A stretch of DNA of 64,000 bases from Candidatus Bathyarchaeota archaeon (GCA_963767735.1 CAVYES010000006.1:256001-320000), one strand, 5' to 3'. Numbered from the stretch's first letter, positions 53,641 through 62,890 are shown. Notes: a model not told the origin generated them from the letters alone. Translations and numbers: made by a program.

Positions 53641-54312
53641 ATGAAGCAAAAGAAGTTGATTGAGATGGCTGAGAAGACAAAACCTTGCATAATCTCATGT
53701 AGCGTTTTGAAAAAAGAAATCCAGAAACTCGCCAAACAAGGAGAACTTGATGCTGATTTAATCTTCGTAAGCAAATACTTTCACGTGGACTACAGCCTTT
53801 TAGAAAAGAACTTGCGACCGATTATCAAAGCAAATCTGACACGTTACCCCAAAGGAGCAATCCTAGTGTATGGGGATCTTTGTCTTGGTCCCAACGAGGA
53901 AATGAAGCATCTAGCAGTCGAATATGGCATAGTCAAAGTTGACGCGTTGAACTGCACCGACTGCCTGCTTGGCGGAAAAGGAAAAGTAACAGAAGCAGAT
54001 CCAAATCACGAGCTTTTCATCCTAAGTCCCGGGTTCGTAACAGGATTCTTTGATAGCGTTAAAGAAACAGCTCGACGCGAGGGTATCGATGAAGAATCAC
54101 TCAAGAACCTTTTCAATGGATTAAAAGGCATTGTTTTCTTGGATTCTTTAGGGGAAGGCGAAAAAGCCAGGGAAGAAATCGAAAAAATGAATACTGGACT
54201 CCCCATCCTTGAAATAAAATCCATTGGGCTTGAAAATCTAAAGCATGTACTTTCAGATGCAATGGAACGCAATCGCTGTTTAAAAAAAGATGACGACAGC
54301 AAGAAAACGTAA
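53641..54312 (+). CDS. DUF1638 domain protein
   Basis: IISCSVLKKE, FHVD, VYGDLC and NCTDCLLGG. Confidence 0.75.
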   Translation: MKQKKLIEMAEKTKPCIISCSVLKKEIQKLAKQGELDADLIFVSKYFHVDYSLLEKNLRPIIKANLTRYPKGAILVYGDLCLGPNEEMKHLAVEYGIVKVDALNCTDCLLGGKGKVTEADPNHELFILSPGFVTGFFDSVKETARREGIDEESLKNLFNGLKGIVFLDSLGEGEKAREEIEKMNTGLPILEIKSIGLENLKHVLSDAMERNRCLKKDDDSKKT

Positions 54313-54374
54313 GATAACATAAGCGTTAAGTAAAAATGAGACGAAATTTATAGAAATAATGATAGGAGATAAGT

Positions 54375-54503
54375 ATGACCAAAAATAAAATAATTGGTTT
54401 TACAGAGTTTTTTGGCAAAGTAAACGCTATAGTAGTTAAAGACGGAAAAATTGAACTTCAAGAAACCGACGTAACAAGATCTGATTGTTGCTGGAAAGAT
54501 TAG
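54375..54503 (+). CDS. 42-aa small protein with C-terminal CCW (absent from ORF track)
   Basis: MTKNKIIGFTEFFGKVNAIVVKDGKIELQETDVTRSDCCWKD; AGGAG upstream; T-run after stop. Confidence 0.6.
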   Translation: MTKNKIIGFTEFFGKVNAIVVKDGKIELQETDVTRSDCCWKD

Positions 54504-54860
54504 AAAACATGTTTTTTGTTACTTGCAATATTTAGCAAATTTTTCATGTGCAATAAATCTTTAATCTGCATAGGATAAAAAAACTAAGGGCGTAAAATAA
54601 ACTATTGAAAGAGCAGTCTACTTTTACTCAATTGTGAGTAATAATGGGATAGCCCTTGACAATGATCATAGAAGATCCTTGTTTTTCAAAAGCAGGGCAA
54701 ATTTGCCTCTAAAAAGTTGAAATAAATAAGATTGATGAAGTTGTAGTTGTTTATTCACAGTCACACATCTTAAAATAGGCACTGCCAAGTTAAGGGTAAC
54801 TGATACTTTTGAAAATGGAATTACTTGATTTGCTTTTTGTAGGTTAGGAGGAGAAAATGA

Positions 54861-55577
54861 ATGCAAGATATACTTAGTATTTTTCTTGAGGCTGGAACTT
54901 TCAGGATGTTTGTTTCAGCAATTCAAGCAACGGAACTAGTTGATACGCTTAGAAGCGATGGCCCTTTCACAGTTTTTGCACCAGATGAGGTTGCGTTTGC
55001 CAAAATTCCCAAAGATGAATTAGACAGTTTTCTTACAAACACGCCACACCTAAAGGCAATTCTAACGTATCATATAGTAGCTGGAAAATACACAATTAAT
55101 GAAATCAGTAAAATGAAAACCCTCAAAACAATTCAAGGCCAAGAACTCAAAATTGACGCACACAAATGGCATCTACATGTGAACCCAAAAATCAATGACG
55201 CACTCATCACAAATTATAACCTCGAAGCAGACAACGGCATAATTCATGTTATAGATAAAGTGCTTATGCCCAATATGGAGCTAACTTGCCCCGAATGCGG
55301 AATGGGCTTCATGTCAATGGAGGCTTTGAATGCTCATACTAAAATGGGCCATGTTGCTGAGACAGTATCAGAGCCAACGCTGCCCGCTGAGACTATGCCT
55401 GCAGTTGAAATCGCCAATGAGTCAATGTCTGGCATGTCATCTCAAGAGACACCTCTGAGAGGTTTAGAACCTGATCGGATCAAATGTCCTGACTGTGGAA
55501 AAACCTTCACGAGCCACTCAGAGATGCAGAGACACAGAGACACAATGCACCATGAAACAAAAGGACACGACGAGTAA
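54861..55577 (+). CDS. Fasciclin (FAS1) domain fused to two C2H2 zinc fingers
   Basis: GPFTVFAP, ILTYH and NGIIHVIDKVL; CPECGMGF..H..H and CPDCGKTF..H..H. Confidence 0.88.
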   Translation: MQDILSIFLEAGTFRMFVSAIQATELVDTLRSDGPFTVFAPDEVAFAKIPKDELDSFLTNTPHLKAILTYHIVAGKYTINEISKMKTLKTIQGQELKIDAHKWHLHVNPKINDALITNYNLEADNGIIHVIDKVLMPNMELTCPECGMGFMSMEALNAHTKMGHVAETVSEPTLPAETMPAVEIANESMSGMSSQETPLRGLEPDRIKCPDCGKTFTSHSEMQRHRDTMHHETKGHDE

Positions 55578-55870
55578 TATTTACTTAGCAGATCTAAAAA
55601 AAGAAAACTCAATCACGCTAAAATCATTTTAACAACTTAAACGACTGCTGTTTCAATTTTGTGACAACATTTATTTATATTCGTAAGAATTGTTGCTTAA
55701 CTGATAGCGTGCACGAGTTATATTGATTATATTTCTAGGCAAGAAAAGTGTGTGCAAATTTTAGTTAGCAAGAAATATGAGGAAGAAAACATGGAAAAAC
55801 TTCAAATCTTAATAATTGTAATTTCTAATTTTGTTATCAAGATGCGCATTTTATCTGGAGGCTACTCCAT

Positions 55871-58051
55871 ATGTTGAAAAAGAAAATCCTCATAGGCTTA
55901 TTTGTCCTGTTATTTTTTTCGTTTATATTCGTCGGATTAGCGAGTGCACAAGACGATTGGGTGATGTTCCACCATGATGCTGCACATACGGGATACTCCA
56001 CCACAAACCCTTCAACTGGCCAACTGCTTTGGAAATACACCACCGGCGGCTTGATTGATTCTTCTCCTGCTGTTGCTAACGGCGTAGTCTACATAGGATC
56101 AAATGACGGCTACGTTTATGCTTTGAATGCCGCTACCGGCGTCCAAATCTGGAGTTTCAATACATTCTACGAGCCTTATTCTTCTCCTGCTGTTGTTAAC
56201 GGCGTAGTCTATGTAGCGGATGAGGAGGGCACAGTTTTTGCTTTGAATGCTGTTACCGGCGTCCAAATCTGGCAGTCTACTCCTGGTAGCTATATTTTGT
56301 CGTCTCCTGTCGTTGTCAACAGTGTAGTCTACATAGGCTCCGACGACGGCAACGTTTATGCTTTGAATGCTGCTACTGGCGCACAGGTCTGGAAATACAC
56401 TACCGGCGACAATGTTCGTTCGTCTCCTGCTGTTGTTGACGGTGTCGTCTACGTAGGCTCATGGGACAATAACGTTTATGCTTTGAATGCTGCTACTGGC
56501 GCCCTAATCTGGAAATTCGCCACCGGCAACGAGGTTCAATCTTCTCCTGCGGTTGTTAACGGTGTAGTTTACGTGGGCTCCGATGACAATAACGTTTATG
56601 CTTTGAATGCTGCTACTGGTGCCCAAATCTGGAAATATACTACCGGCGGCTCTGTTGATTCATCTCCTGCTGTTGTCAATGGTGTAGTTTACGTGGGCTC
56701 CGATGGCGATAACGTTGTTGCTATAAACGCTACCAGCGGCGTGCGGATTTGGTTTCATGCAACCGGCAACGAGGTTCAATCTTCTCCCGCGGTTGTGAAC
56801 GGGGTAGTTTACGTGGGCTCCGAGGACGATAATGTTTATGCTTTGGATGCTTCTACTGGCGCCCAAATCTGGAAATACAGCACCGGCGGCTTGATTGATT
56901 CTTGTCCTGCTATTGTGGATGGCATAGTCTACGTAGGCTCATGGGACGATAACGTTTATGCTTTAGGTACTGCTGTAACTTTCACTGAAAGCGGTTTGCC
57001 TTCTGGAACCTCTTGGAGCGTAACTTTTAATGGCGCAACCCAATCTTCATCAACAAATACTATAATATTTCTGGGCATAGCATATGGAAGCTACTCATGG
57101 AGTGCGTCAACGCCGATATCAGGAGGCACAGGAATCCAATACGTCGCCCCAACTTCAACCGGATCAATTACTGTTCCTACTGTAGAATCTCAGGCTGTAA
57201 CTTACACGACTCAGTATGCAGTGACTTTTTCGAGTTCTGGTCTTAGCGGTGATGCTACGGGGAACTTGGTGACTTTCAGTGTTAGCGGCGGCTCATATTC
57301 TGGTGCTACTAGTCCGATTGGTGTGGCTGGTGGTTTCATCTGGGTTCAAAGTGGCGCAGCCGTTACCTACAGCTTCGTTAGTCCTGTTACGAGCAGTGTG
57401 GCTGGTAAGCAGTATGCGCTTAGCAGTGTTACTGGCTCTGTTTCTCCAATTACTGTTTCTGCTCCCGGTACAGTTACCGGCGTCTATGCAACTCAATATC
57501 AAGTGACTTTCGTTGTTAGTCCTTCTGGAACTGGAACAACTTCTCCTTCTGGTACCAGTGTTTGGGAGAATGCCGTTTCCCTTCCATTAACAGCTACTCC
57601 TAGCGCTGGCTACATGTTCTCTTCATGGTCGTCCAGCACAGGATCAATCACCTTTAACAATGCCGCTTCCGCTTCAACAACGGCGACATTAGGCGGAACA
57701 GGCACAATCACTGCAACGTTTGAAGTAACACCCTCTCCAACTCCTACTCCAGCTCCAACCGCAGCTCCTACTTCTGCTCCAACCGCTGCTCCAACAGCTG
57801 CACCAACAGCACCACCAATTCAAACAACCGCTGCACCAGTTACAACTGCTTCCCCAACTGCCGCCCCAACCGCTAAACCAACTGCCGCCCCAACACCGAC
57901 GATTCCAGAATTTCCTGGTCAATTGCTAGGAATTACTTTACTTGCTTTTATGATCATAGTCTTGTCTGTAGTTGCCATTGCAAAGAAGAAAGTAAAATGG
58001 AAATCCGTGTCGACTAGCACTCTGAGAGAAACGATGCGCCTTCACATATGA
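55871..58051 (+). CDS. Cell-surface PQQ-like beta-propeller protein with beta-sandwich domains, P/T/A linker and PEF-type C-terminal anchor
   Basis: Signal peptide, 8 repeats of SSPAVVNGVVYVGS..VYALNA.TG..IW, FTESGLPSG, PTAAPT runs, then TIPEFP + TM + KKK. Confidence 0.9.
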   Translation: MLKKKILIGLFVLLFFSFIFVGLASAQDDWVMFHHDAAHTGYSTTNPSTGQLLWKYTTGGLIDSSPAVANGVVYIGSNDGYVYALNAATGVQIWSFNTFYEPYSSPAVVNGVVYVADEEGTVFALNAVTGVQIWQSTPGSYILSSPVVVNSVVYIGSDDGNVYALNAATGAQVWKYTTGDNVRSSPAVVDGVVYVGSWDNNVYALNAATGALIWKFATGNEVQSSPAVVNGVVYVGSDDNNVYALNAATGAQIWKYTTGGSVDSSPAVVNGVVYVGSDGDNVVAINATSGVRIWFHATGNEVQSSPAVVNGVVYVGSEDDNVYALDASTGAQIWKYSTGGLIDSCPAIVDGIVYVGSWDDNVYALGTAVTFTESGLPSGTSWSVTFNGATQSSSTNTIIFLGIAYGSYSWSASTPISGGTGIQYVAPTSTGSITVPTVESQAVTYTTQYAVTFSSSGLSGDATGNLVTFSVSGGSYSGATSPIGVAGGFIWVQSGAAVTYSFVSPVTSSVAGKQYALSSVTGSVSPITVSAPGTVTGVYATQYQVTFVVSPSGTGTTSPSGTSVWENAVSLPLTATPSAGYMFSSWSSSTGSITFNNAASASTTATLGGTGTITATFEVTPSPTPTPAPTAAPTSAPTAAPTAAPTAPPIQTTAAPVTTASPTAAPTAKPTAAPTPTIPEFPGQLLGITLLAFMIIVLSVVAIAKKKVKWKSVSTSTLRETMRLHI
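56030..56968 (+). repeat. Eight tandem 120-bp coding repeats (propeller blades)
   Basis: Trp codons recur every 120 nt (56030, 56150 ... 56870); aacgtttatgctttgaatgctgctactgg is shared by several units. Confidence 0.9.
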
Positions 58052-58355
58052 CTTTCCTCAAAATGAGCGGGAATTAACACGAAAACGTTAAATTAGCAAC
58101 GCACTGGCTCGCACAGATATCAAGGATGGACATAGACTAAAAGTAAGGCAGAAAGAAAAAGAGAGAGAGTTCAAACTACACAATATTGTTTTTCAAGGAT
58201 ACCTGTTTTGCCTTAATCTTTCGTTTATGGCTTCTTCTCCTTTCTGTGTCAGTTTGTATTTTTCGCCATCCTTTTGCGTGATCGCAATTGTGCTCTATAG
58301 AAAATAAAGAAACGCTTATGACCGCAAAAACTCTAATCAACATAGAGTATCCGCA

Positions 58356-58913
58356 ATGTTAAGAACAAAACACGCAAGAATCATGGAAATACTGGTCGCT
58401 GCCATAATAATTGGTGCGGTAACTTCATCAGTCGTTATCGCGTATAATTGGCAATCAATCTTTTCATCGAGTGCGCCATCGAAGTATCCGATAGCGCTCA
58501 GCAACGTCCTTTTTTCAATGCCGAATTGGAATAGTTCTGAGATCGCACGCGCGGGGTTACAAATTGAGTCCGTATCAGTAGGCATCCAAACTGGAAACGC
58601 AAGCGAGCCGATTATTTCAAATTGGATAACCCTCAACACTACAGGTTTAGAGCCGTTGGCATCACCTCTAGTCGTTGCATCAGGCGGCAAATTTGCAACG
58701 TCAGATTACATAACGCCGACAGCATATTTGATAGGGCAAACAATGGTAATTGATAGAATCTCTAACATCACTCAGATACACCAGCAGTTGACAATAATGA
58801 TTACTTCTAAAATGCTACAATACACAGCGGGTGAATACGTAAACATGCAAGCAACACACACAGGATACGCGATTGCTATCCCCACAAATGCAACGTGGAA
58901 CACAATTCCGTAA
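58356..58913 (+). CDS. Hypothetical exported protein
   Basis: 185 aa with an N-terminal TM and N-x-S/T sequons. Confidence 0.55.
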   Translation: MLRTKHARIMEILVAAIIIGAVTSSVVIAYNWQSIFSSSAPSKYPIALSNVLFSMPNWNSSEIARAGLQIESVSVGIQTGNASEPIISNWITLNTTGLEPLASPLVVASGGKFATSDYITPTAYLIGQTMVIDRISNITQIHQQLTIMITSKMLQYTAGEYVNMQATHTGYAIAIPTNATWNTIP

Positions 58914-58958
58914 TTTCAATTGAAACACGAAACAAGTGTGAATATGATCTTTTCATGT

Positions 58959-59148
58959 GGTGCTGATTAGAAGGCTTCGCGCCCGCTCTCACTTACTTCA
59001 ATAAGTAATATCGGGACAAGGCAATGCGCTATTGGAAACCCAGTAATGTTGAGTTAATAGGCAAAAATTAGTGTTAGGCGGATTTAGCCTTGCGCTAACA
59101 GGGATAAGGTAAAAAGAAGAGAGGGGACCTTATCTTCTATTAGCAGCC
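58959..59148. ncRNA. Candidate structured RNA or MITE-like element
   Basis: Long-range complementary ends enclosing several hairpins, found by eye (see findings); no family recognised. Confidence 0.25.
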
Positions 59149-59282
59149 GAACCCGCTCAAACGACCGTTGGCTCTTGTTCACCCATTATCCTTCAAAGAG
59201 AATATAAAATAATGTTGTCACAACCTGAAACCAACAAGATAACCTCTTGTTCGATAATAAGCAGTTTATCATTAATCCATGC

Positions 59283-59343
59283 TTAGTAAGTTCCTTCTGC
59301 AGCAACCATTGAAGCAACAATCTGTTCGGCGTATTCTTCTTTT
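59283..59343 (-). repeat. Short decayed copy of the 3' end of the gene at 63683-64000
   Basis: Translates KEEYAEQIVASMVA vs QEEYAGQILASVAD; 25/32 nt match by hand. Confidence 0.55.
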
Positions 59344-59425
59344 AGTTTAAAAATTATCTCCCTCATGCTTATATTATAGTTTTAAAAGATAATATTATAG
59401 TCTAATAGCATATGAGGAAAAAGTA

Positions 59426-60496
59426 ATGGAAAAAATAACAGAAACACCCATTCACCGGATTTTAGATACAATCTCATCTCACTTAGGCGAACCTTTGTCA
59501 ATCAACCAACTAACCAAAAAAATTAAAGAAAAATATGGTGCTGCGTATTATTCAAATATCTATAAACAAATCAAAGAATTAGAAAACCAGGGATTACTGA
59601 CAACCACTTTCTGTGGAAAATCAAGCATAATTAAGGCCAACTTCGACAATGAGCTAATAATAGAATTGTTTGCACAAATGGAAATCGAAAATAAAATTAA
59701 TTTTCTAAAAGATAAGAATGAATTATTAATTGTCTTATCAAGCATGAATAAATCACTTGATGATATTTGCTCAATAAAGTCAATAACCTCAATAAATCCC
59801 CAAAAGAATTCTGAATTCAATAGGCTGGAACTACTCTTTCTTTTAAGAAAAATGATTGAATATAAAGATATCACATTTGAGCTCTATACGAAGATGAGAG
59901 AATTACAGGACCAATTCAACTTGAAGATAGATAGCCTTATTCTAAACGAAGATGATTTTTCTTCATTGATAAGATCAAATGAAATAAATCCATTAAGAGA
60001 AGCTTTTGCCAAAGAGATAACCATCTTCTGTCCACAGGCATTCTGGAGTCAAATTAAGGAGATCTCCGAAGAATCCGAAATCAAGACATTAGAAATAGAG
60101 ACAAAACCTAACCACATTACAGAAACAGATCTAATTTACAATCTTAATCGATTTGGCTACAAAGAATTTGGCAACAGGATATCTCAAGCTAACAAGTTCT
60201 GCATTGAATATATAATCACAGGTTTACTGCTTTCAAATGATGCAAGAAGATTAGAGGCCATCCCAATAATTCTCGCAAAGAATAACTTTCGAAGTAACCT
60301 ATTGGCATTTCTTTGCCAAAAGTATAGGATTGCGGGCAAACTTTTGGGATTGCTAAAAAGTCTCCAAAACATTAAACCAAACGATAAAATTAGGGATACA
60401 ATTAGTCTTTTAGAGATCTTCAAAGAGGAGCAAGAAACACCAACTGATGAAGAGAGCATAAGGCGAAATATGAGGCTATATAATGCCATTAGATAA
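59426..60496 (+). CDS. wHTH protein with degenerate nucleotidyltransferase-like domain (putative antitoxin/regulator)
   Basis: LSINQLTK..Y..IKELENQGLL..GKS wHTH; RLELLFLL where DxD is expected; ATATTATAGT repeated twice upstream. Confidence 0.6.
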   Translation: MEKITETPIHRILDTISSHLGEPLSINQLTKKIKEKYGAAYYSNIYKQIKELENQGLLTTTFCGKSSIIKANFDNELIIELFAQMEIENKINFLKDKNELLIVLSSMNKSLDDICSIKSITSINPQKNSEFNRLELLFLLRKMIEYKDITFELYTKMRELQDQFNLKIDSLILNEDDFSSLIRSNEINPLREAFAKEITIFCPQAFWSQIKEISEESEIKTLEIETKPNHITETDLIYNLNRFGYKEFGNRISQANKFCIEYIITGLLLSNDARRLEAIPIILAKNNFRSNLLAFLCQKYRIAGKLLGLLKSLQNIKPNDKIRDTISLLEIFKEEQETPTDEESIRRNMRLYNAIR

Positions 60497-60622
60497 AGCC
60501 GTTTTATTTAACCTCCTGAAGAACTTTGACGAGGAAGCAAAAGAAAAGATTACTCTGGTTGCAGCAAAGATACAGAATCAATAGATGAAGTATTACAGAG
60601 ATACAAAACCCAAAAAGAATAA
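60483..60622 (+). pseudogene. Internally deleted remnant of a DUF6036/AbiEii-like nucleotidyltransferase
   Basis: MPLDKAVLFNLLKNFDEEAKEKITLVAA stops short of the expected GGTA motif; overlaps the upstream gene's end. Confidence 0.45.
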
Positions 60623-60840
60623 GGCTAACGCTTCGGTTTTTTGTAGTATTTCTGTGAAGAATTTTTTGCCCAGAATACGGACTCCCGTCATTGCCTGAGA
60701 GGAACTGGGAGGTTCACAGTTCTCAATTACATCGTAATTGGGTAACGTGGATGCTGAAATTGGTGAAACAAGCCATTAACTTTATCTATTACTTTGTAAA
60801 TAAAAGTTAAATGTAAAGTGGTTTTAGTTGTTAAGCATAT

Positions 60841-61221
60841 TTGAATTTGGAGGAAAAAAGCATGAATGATGATATTTACCTCCTGCTGAACGCTTCTGAG
60901 AAATTGAACAGCCAAACCGTTTCCTTGACACGCTGCCTTATTTTGGCCCTGCTTTCGTATTTTGTCGACGGAATCCAGTTTAGAGAATTGAAGAGCGCCC
61001 TAACGATGTCTGATGGTAAATTAATTGCGAACCTCAACGTTCTGAGAACCTTAGGATACATTGGAAAATCTGAGGTCGATGTCAATAAGAGAAAGCTTGA
61101 CGTCTATTCATTAACTGCAAAGGGCAAAAGTGAATTGAACAAAATTACTGACTGGATGAAATTGGTCCAAACAGTTGCAAGTGAGGGAGATAAGAAATGC
61201 CCAGTAATCTTGACAAATTAG
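60841..61221 (+). CDS. wHTH (MarR/ArsR-like, HTH_34) transcriptional regulator
   Basis: IQFRELKSAL.MSDGKL..NL..L..GYI and YSLTAKG. Confidence 0.85.
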   Translation: MNLEEKSMNDDIYLLLNASEKLNSQTVSLTRCLILALLSYFVDGIQFRELKSALTMSDGKLIANLNVLRTLGYIGKSEVDVNKRKLDVYSLTAKGKSELNKITDWMKLVQTVASEGDKKCPVILTN

Positions 61222-61727
61222 TCGCTTGTCTCAAATTCTTTGGTTTGCAACCCAGTATGAGTAATTATCAGTGGCGGTTTATAGCGCAGAAAATCGCTTT
61301 TTTGGCAAAGGCCCTTGGAATGAATATTGGTTATGATTTCACTATTTATGTCGCAGGACCCTATTCGAGAGATTTAAACTGCGATTATTACCCAAATGAA
61401 GTTAAGAGCAGGATAGATGCACTTGAAACAACGTATGAACTGACGCCCCGTGACATCGCTGCTTTAGACAGAATAAAGGGTTGTCAAGGACTATTGGAAA
61501 ATCAAAGCTTACTTGAGGCAACATCTACTGCAGTTTACCTTATGACGCAAAGCCCTAATCAAAGTGAAGATCGCTTGTTCGTTAACTTGAGATGGCTCAA
61601 ACCTCATTTAAGTGAGTCTGACCGTGTAATTGGAATTTCTAAGGCAAAAGAGCTGTTATTTAGAACCAATTATTTGACAAACGAGCTTAAGCAGGAAATG
61701 GACGAATGGGATAGACTGGAAAGCTGA
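61197..61727 (+). CDS. YwgA/SocA(Panacea)-like protein
   Basis: QKIAFL..G....YDF..YVAGPYSRDL and LLEATST. Confidence 0.65.
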   Translation: MPSNLDKLVACLKFFGLQPSMSNYQWRFIAQKIAFLAKALGMNIGYDFTIYVAGPYSRDLNCDYYPNEVKSRIDALETTYELTPRDIAALDRIKGCQGLLENQSLLEATSTAVYLMTQSPNQSEDRLFVNLRWLKPHLSESDRVIGISKAKELLFRTNYLTNELKQEMDEWDRLES

Positions 61728-61762
61728 CGAAAATATATGCAGACTTAAGGGGAGTCGCCCGC

Positions 61763-62170
61763 TTATGTTGTTTCAAATATTATTTCTAAGTCTTTTTCAC
61801 TGAAGGTTATTTTGAAATGGGAAAATACATCTTTTCTACCTAATAGCCGTGGTACCTCATCTGAGTCGGCAAAACCAGCTTTCACGTCAAGAGCTGTATC
61901 GCCAATTTTCATTTTGACCGTATGCACGTAACTAGGAATAAGAACTCTGCCCACCCCAATTATTGGATAGTATTCTCCTTGCGTGAGGTCAAGGTCTAAA
62001 AGTGCAGCATCGTTTCTTCTAAACAAAGAGATGTCTGCGCCGCTGTCAATATAAACCCTAAAAGGGTGCCACTGCTGAGTTTTTGAGCAAAGTAAAATTG
62101 TGGCTTTTGGTCGATTGATTATCCCTGATCGGCAAGATTCAGGTGAATACTTAAAAACGTACGTTTTCAA
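61763..62170 (-). CDS. Retropepsin-like (clan AA) aspartic protease
   Basis: YIDSGAD and LLGR.D motifs; 135 aa. Confidence 0.85.
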   Translation of the reverse strand: MKTYVFKYSPESCRSGIINRPKATILLCSKTQQWHPFRVYIDSGADISLFRRNDAALLDLDLTQGEYYPIIGVGRVLIPSYVHTVKMKIGDTALDVKAGFADSDEVPRLLGRKDVFSHFKITFSEKDLEIIFETT

Positions 62171-62382
62171 AGTATGAGTACATCCGCTGACTCGATATAC
62201 TCAATTTCTATTTCTTCTGTTTTCGCTTTCGGATATTTTTTTAATGCTTCTTTCAATGCCTCGCTCGATGTCCGGCCAGCGGCTACTATCTTGTTTTTGT
62301 ATATCGCTACGTCCATTCCACTGTACTTTTTGTATTCTTCCGGTGAAATTTCGGGTGCTTCAACAATTATTTTCTCGGGCAC
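62167..62382 (-). CDS. DUF5678 protein
   Basis: KKYSG.DVAI...KIVAAG....A...A..KYP; probable GTG start 62382; stop overlaps the protease start. Confidence 0.75.
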   Translation of the reverse strand: MPEKIIVEAPEISPEEYKKYSGMDVAIYKNKIVAAGRTSSEALKEALKKYPKAKTEEIEIEYIESADVLIL

Positions 62383-62601
62383 TAAGAACACATCTGCAAA
62401 AGAATGAATGTTGCTATCTAAAGTATTAAGTTTTTCGTGGCAAAATGTAAGCAACAATTTAGTAAATGAGTCTATTTTATTGGTCCTAAAGCGCTTTCCA
62501 TGCTAAGACGGCTAGCGTAAAATTCACGTTGCCCTTCCATAAAAACCCAGAAACCTTTGTGCTGCTTCTGATCGGTCAGGCAAATCTTGGGCAGGCTTCG
62601 A

Positions 62602-62710
62602 TGGAAGGAATTTTGGAAATTAGAGGTTTTCTGGTCCGAACGTTGGTTCATAAGCTACTGAAGCAAAAACGCTGCTCGGCAACTCTTCTTGCTCTTCGTT
62701 CCCGCCGCTA
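62602..62710 (-). repeat. Decayed direct copy of the 3' end and downstream flank of the gene at 63683-64000
   Basis: 21-nt identity AGAGGTTTTCTGGTCCGAACG (62622-62642 = 63685-63705); translates EEQEE..ASVAYEPTFGPENL*. Confidence 0.9.
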
Positions 62711-62890
62711 TGCCTCTTCGACGGACTTAGTAAATCATGAGCCTAAACATGCATGTAACATGGAGAGTTAATGGCAGTAAAAACCTATTCAATTTGCCCC
62801 AAAAACTGTTTAGCACAGTGTCTTTTTAGAAAATGTGCACTCCTCCAGAAAGAATTAACAGAATGAACCCTTGACAACAGAACGAAACTG

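Noticed and set aside
56030-56968. CRISPR-like regular repeats
   Set aside because: In-frame 120-nt coding repeats of a beta-propeller; no unique spacers or cas genes
62529-62771. 80-aa plus-strand ORF
   Set aside because: Antisense to the decayed gene-end copy; no motif
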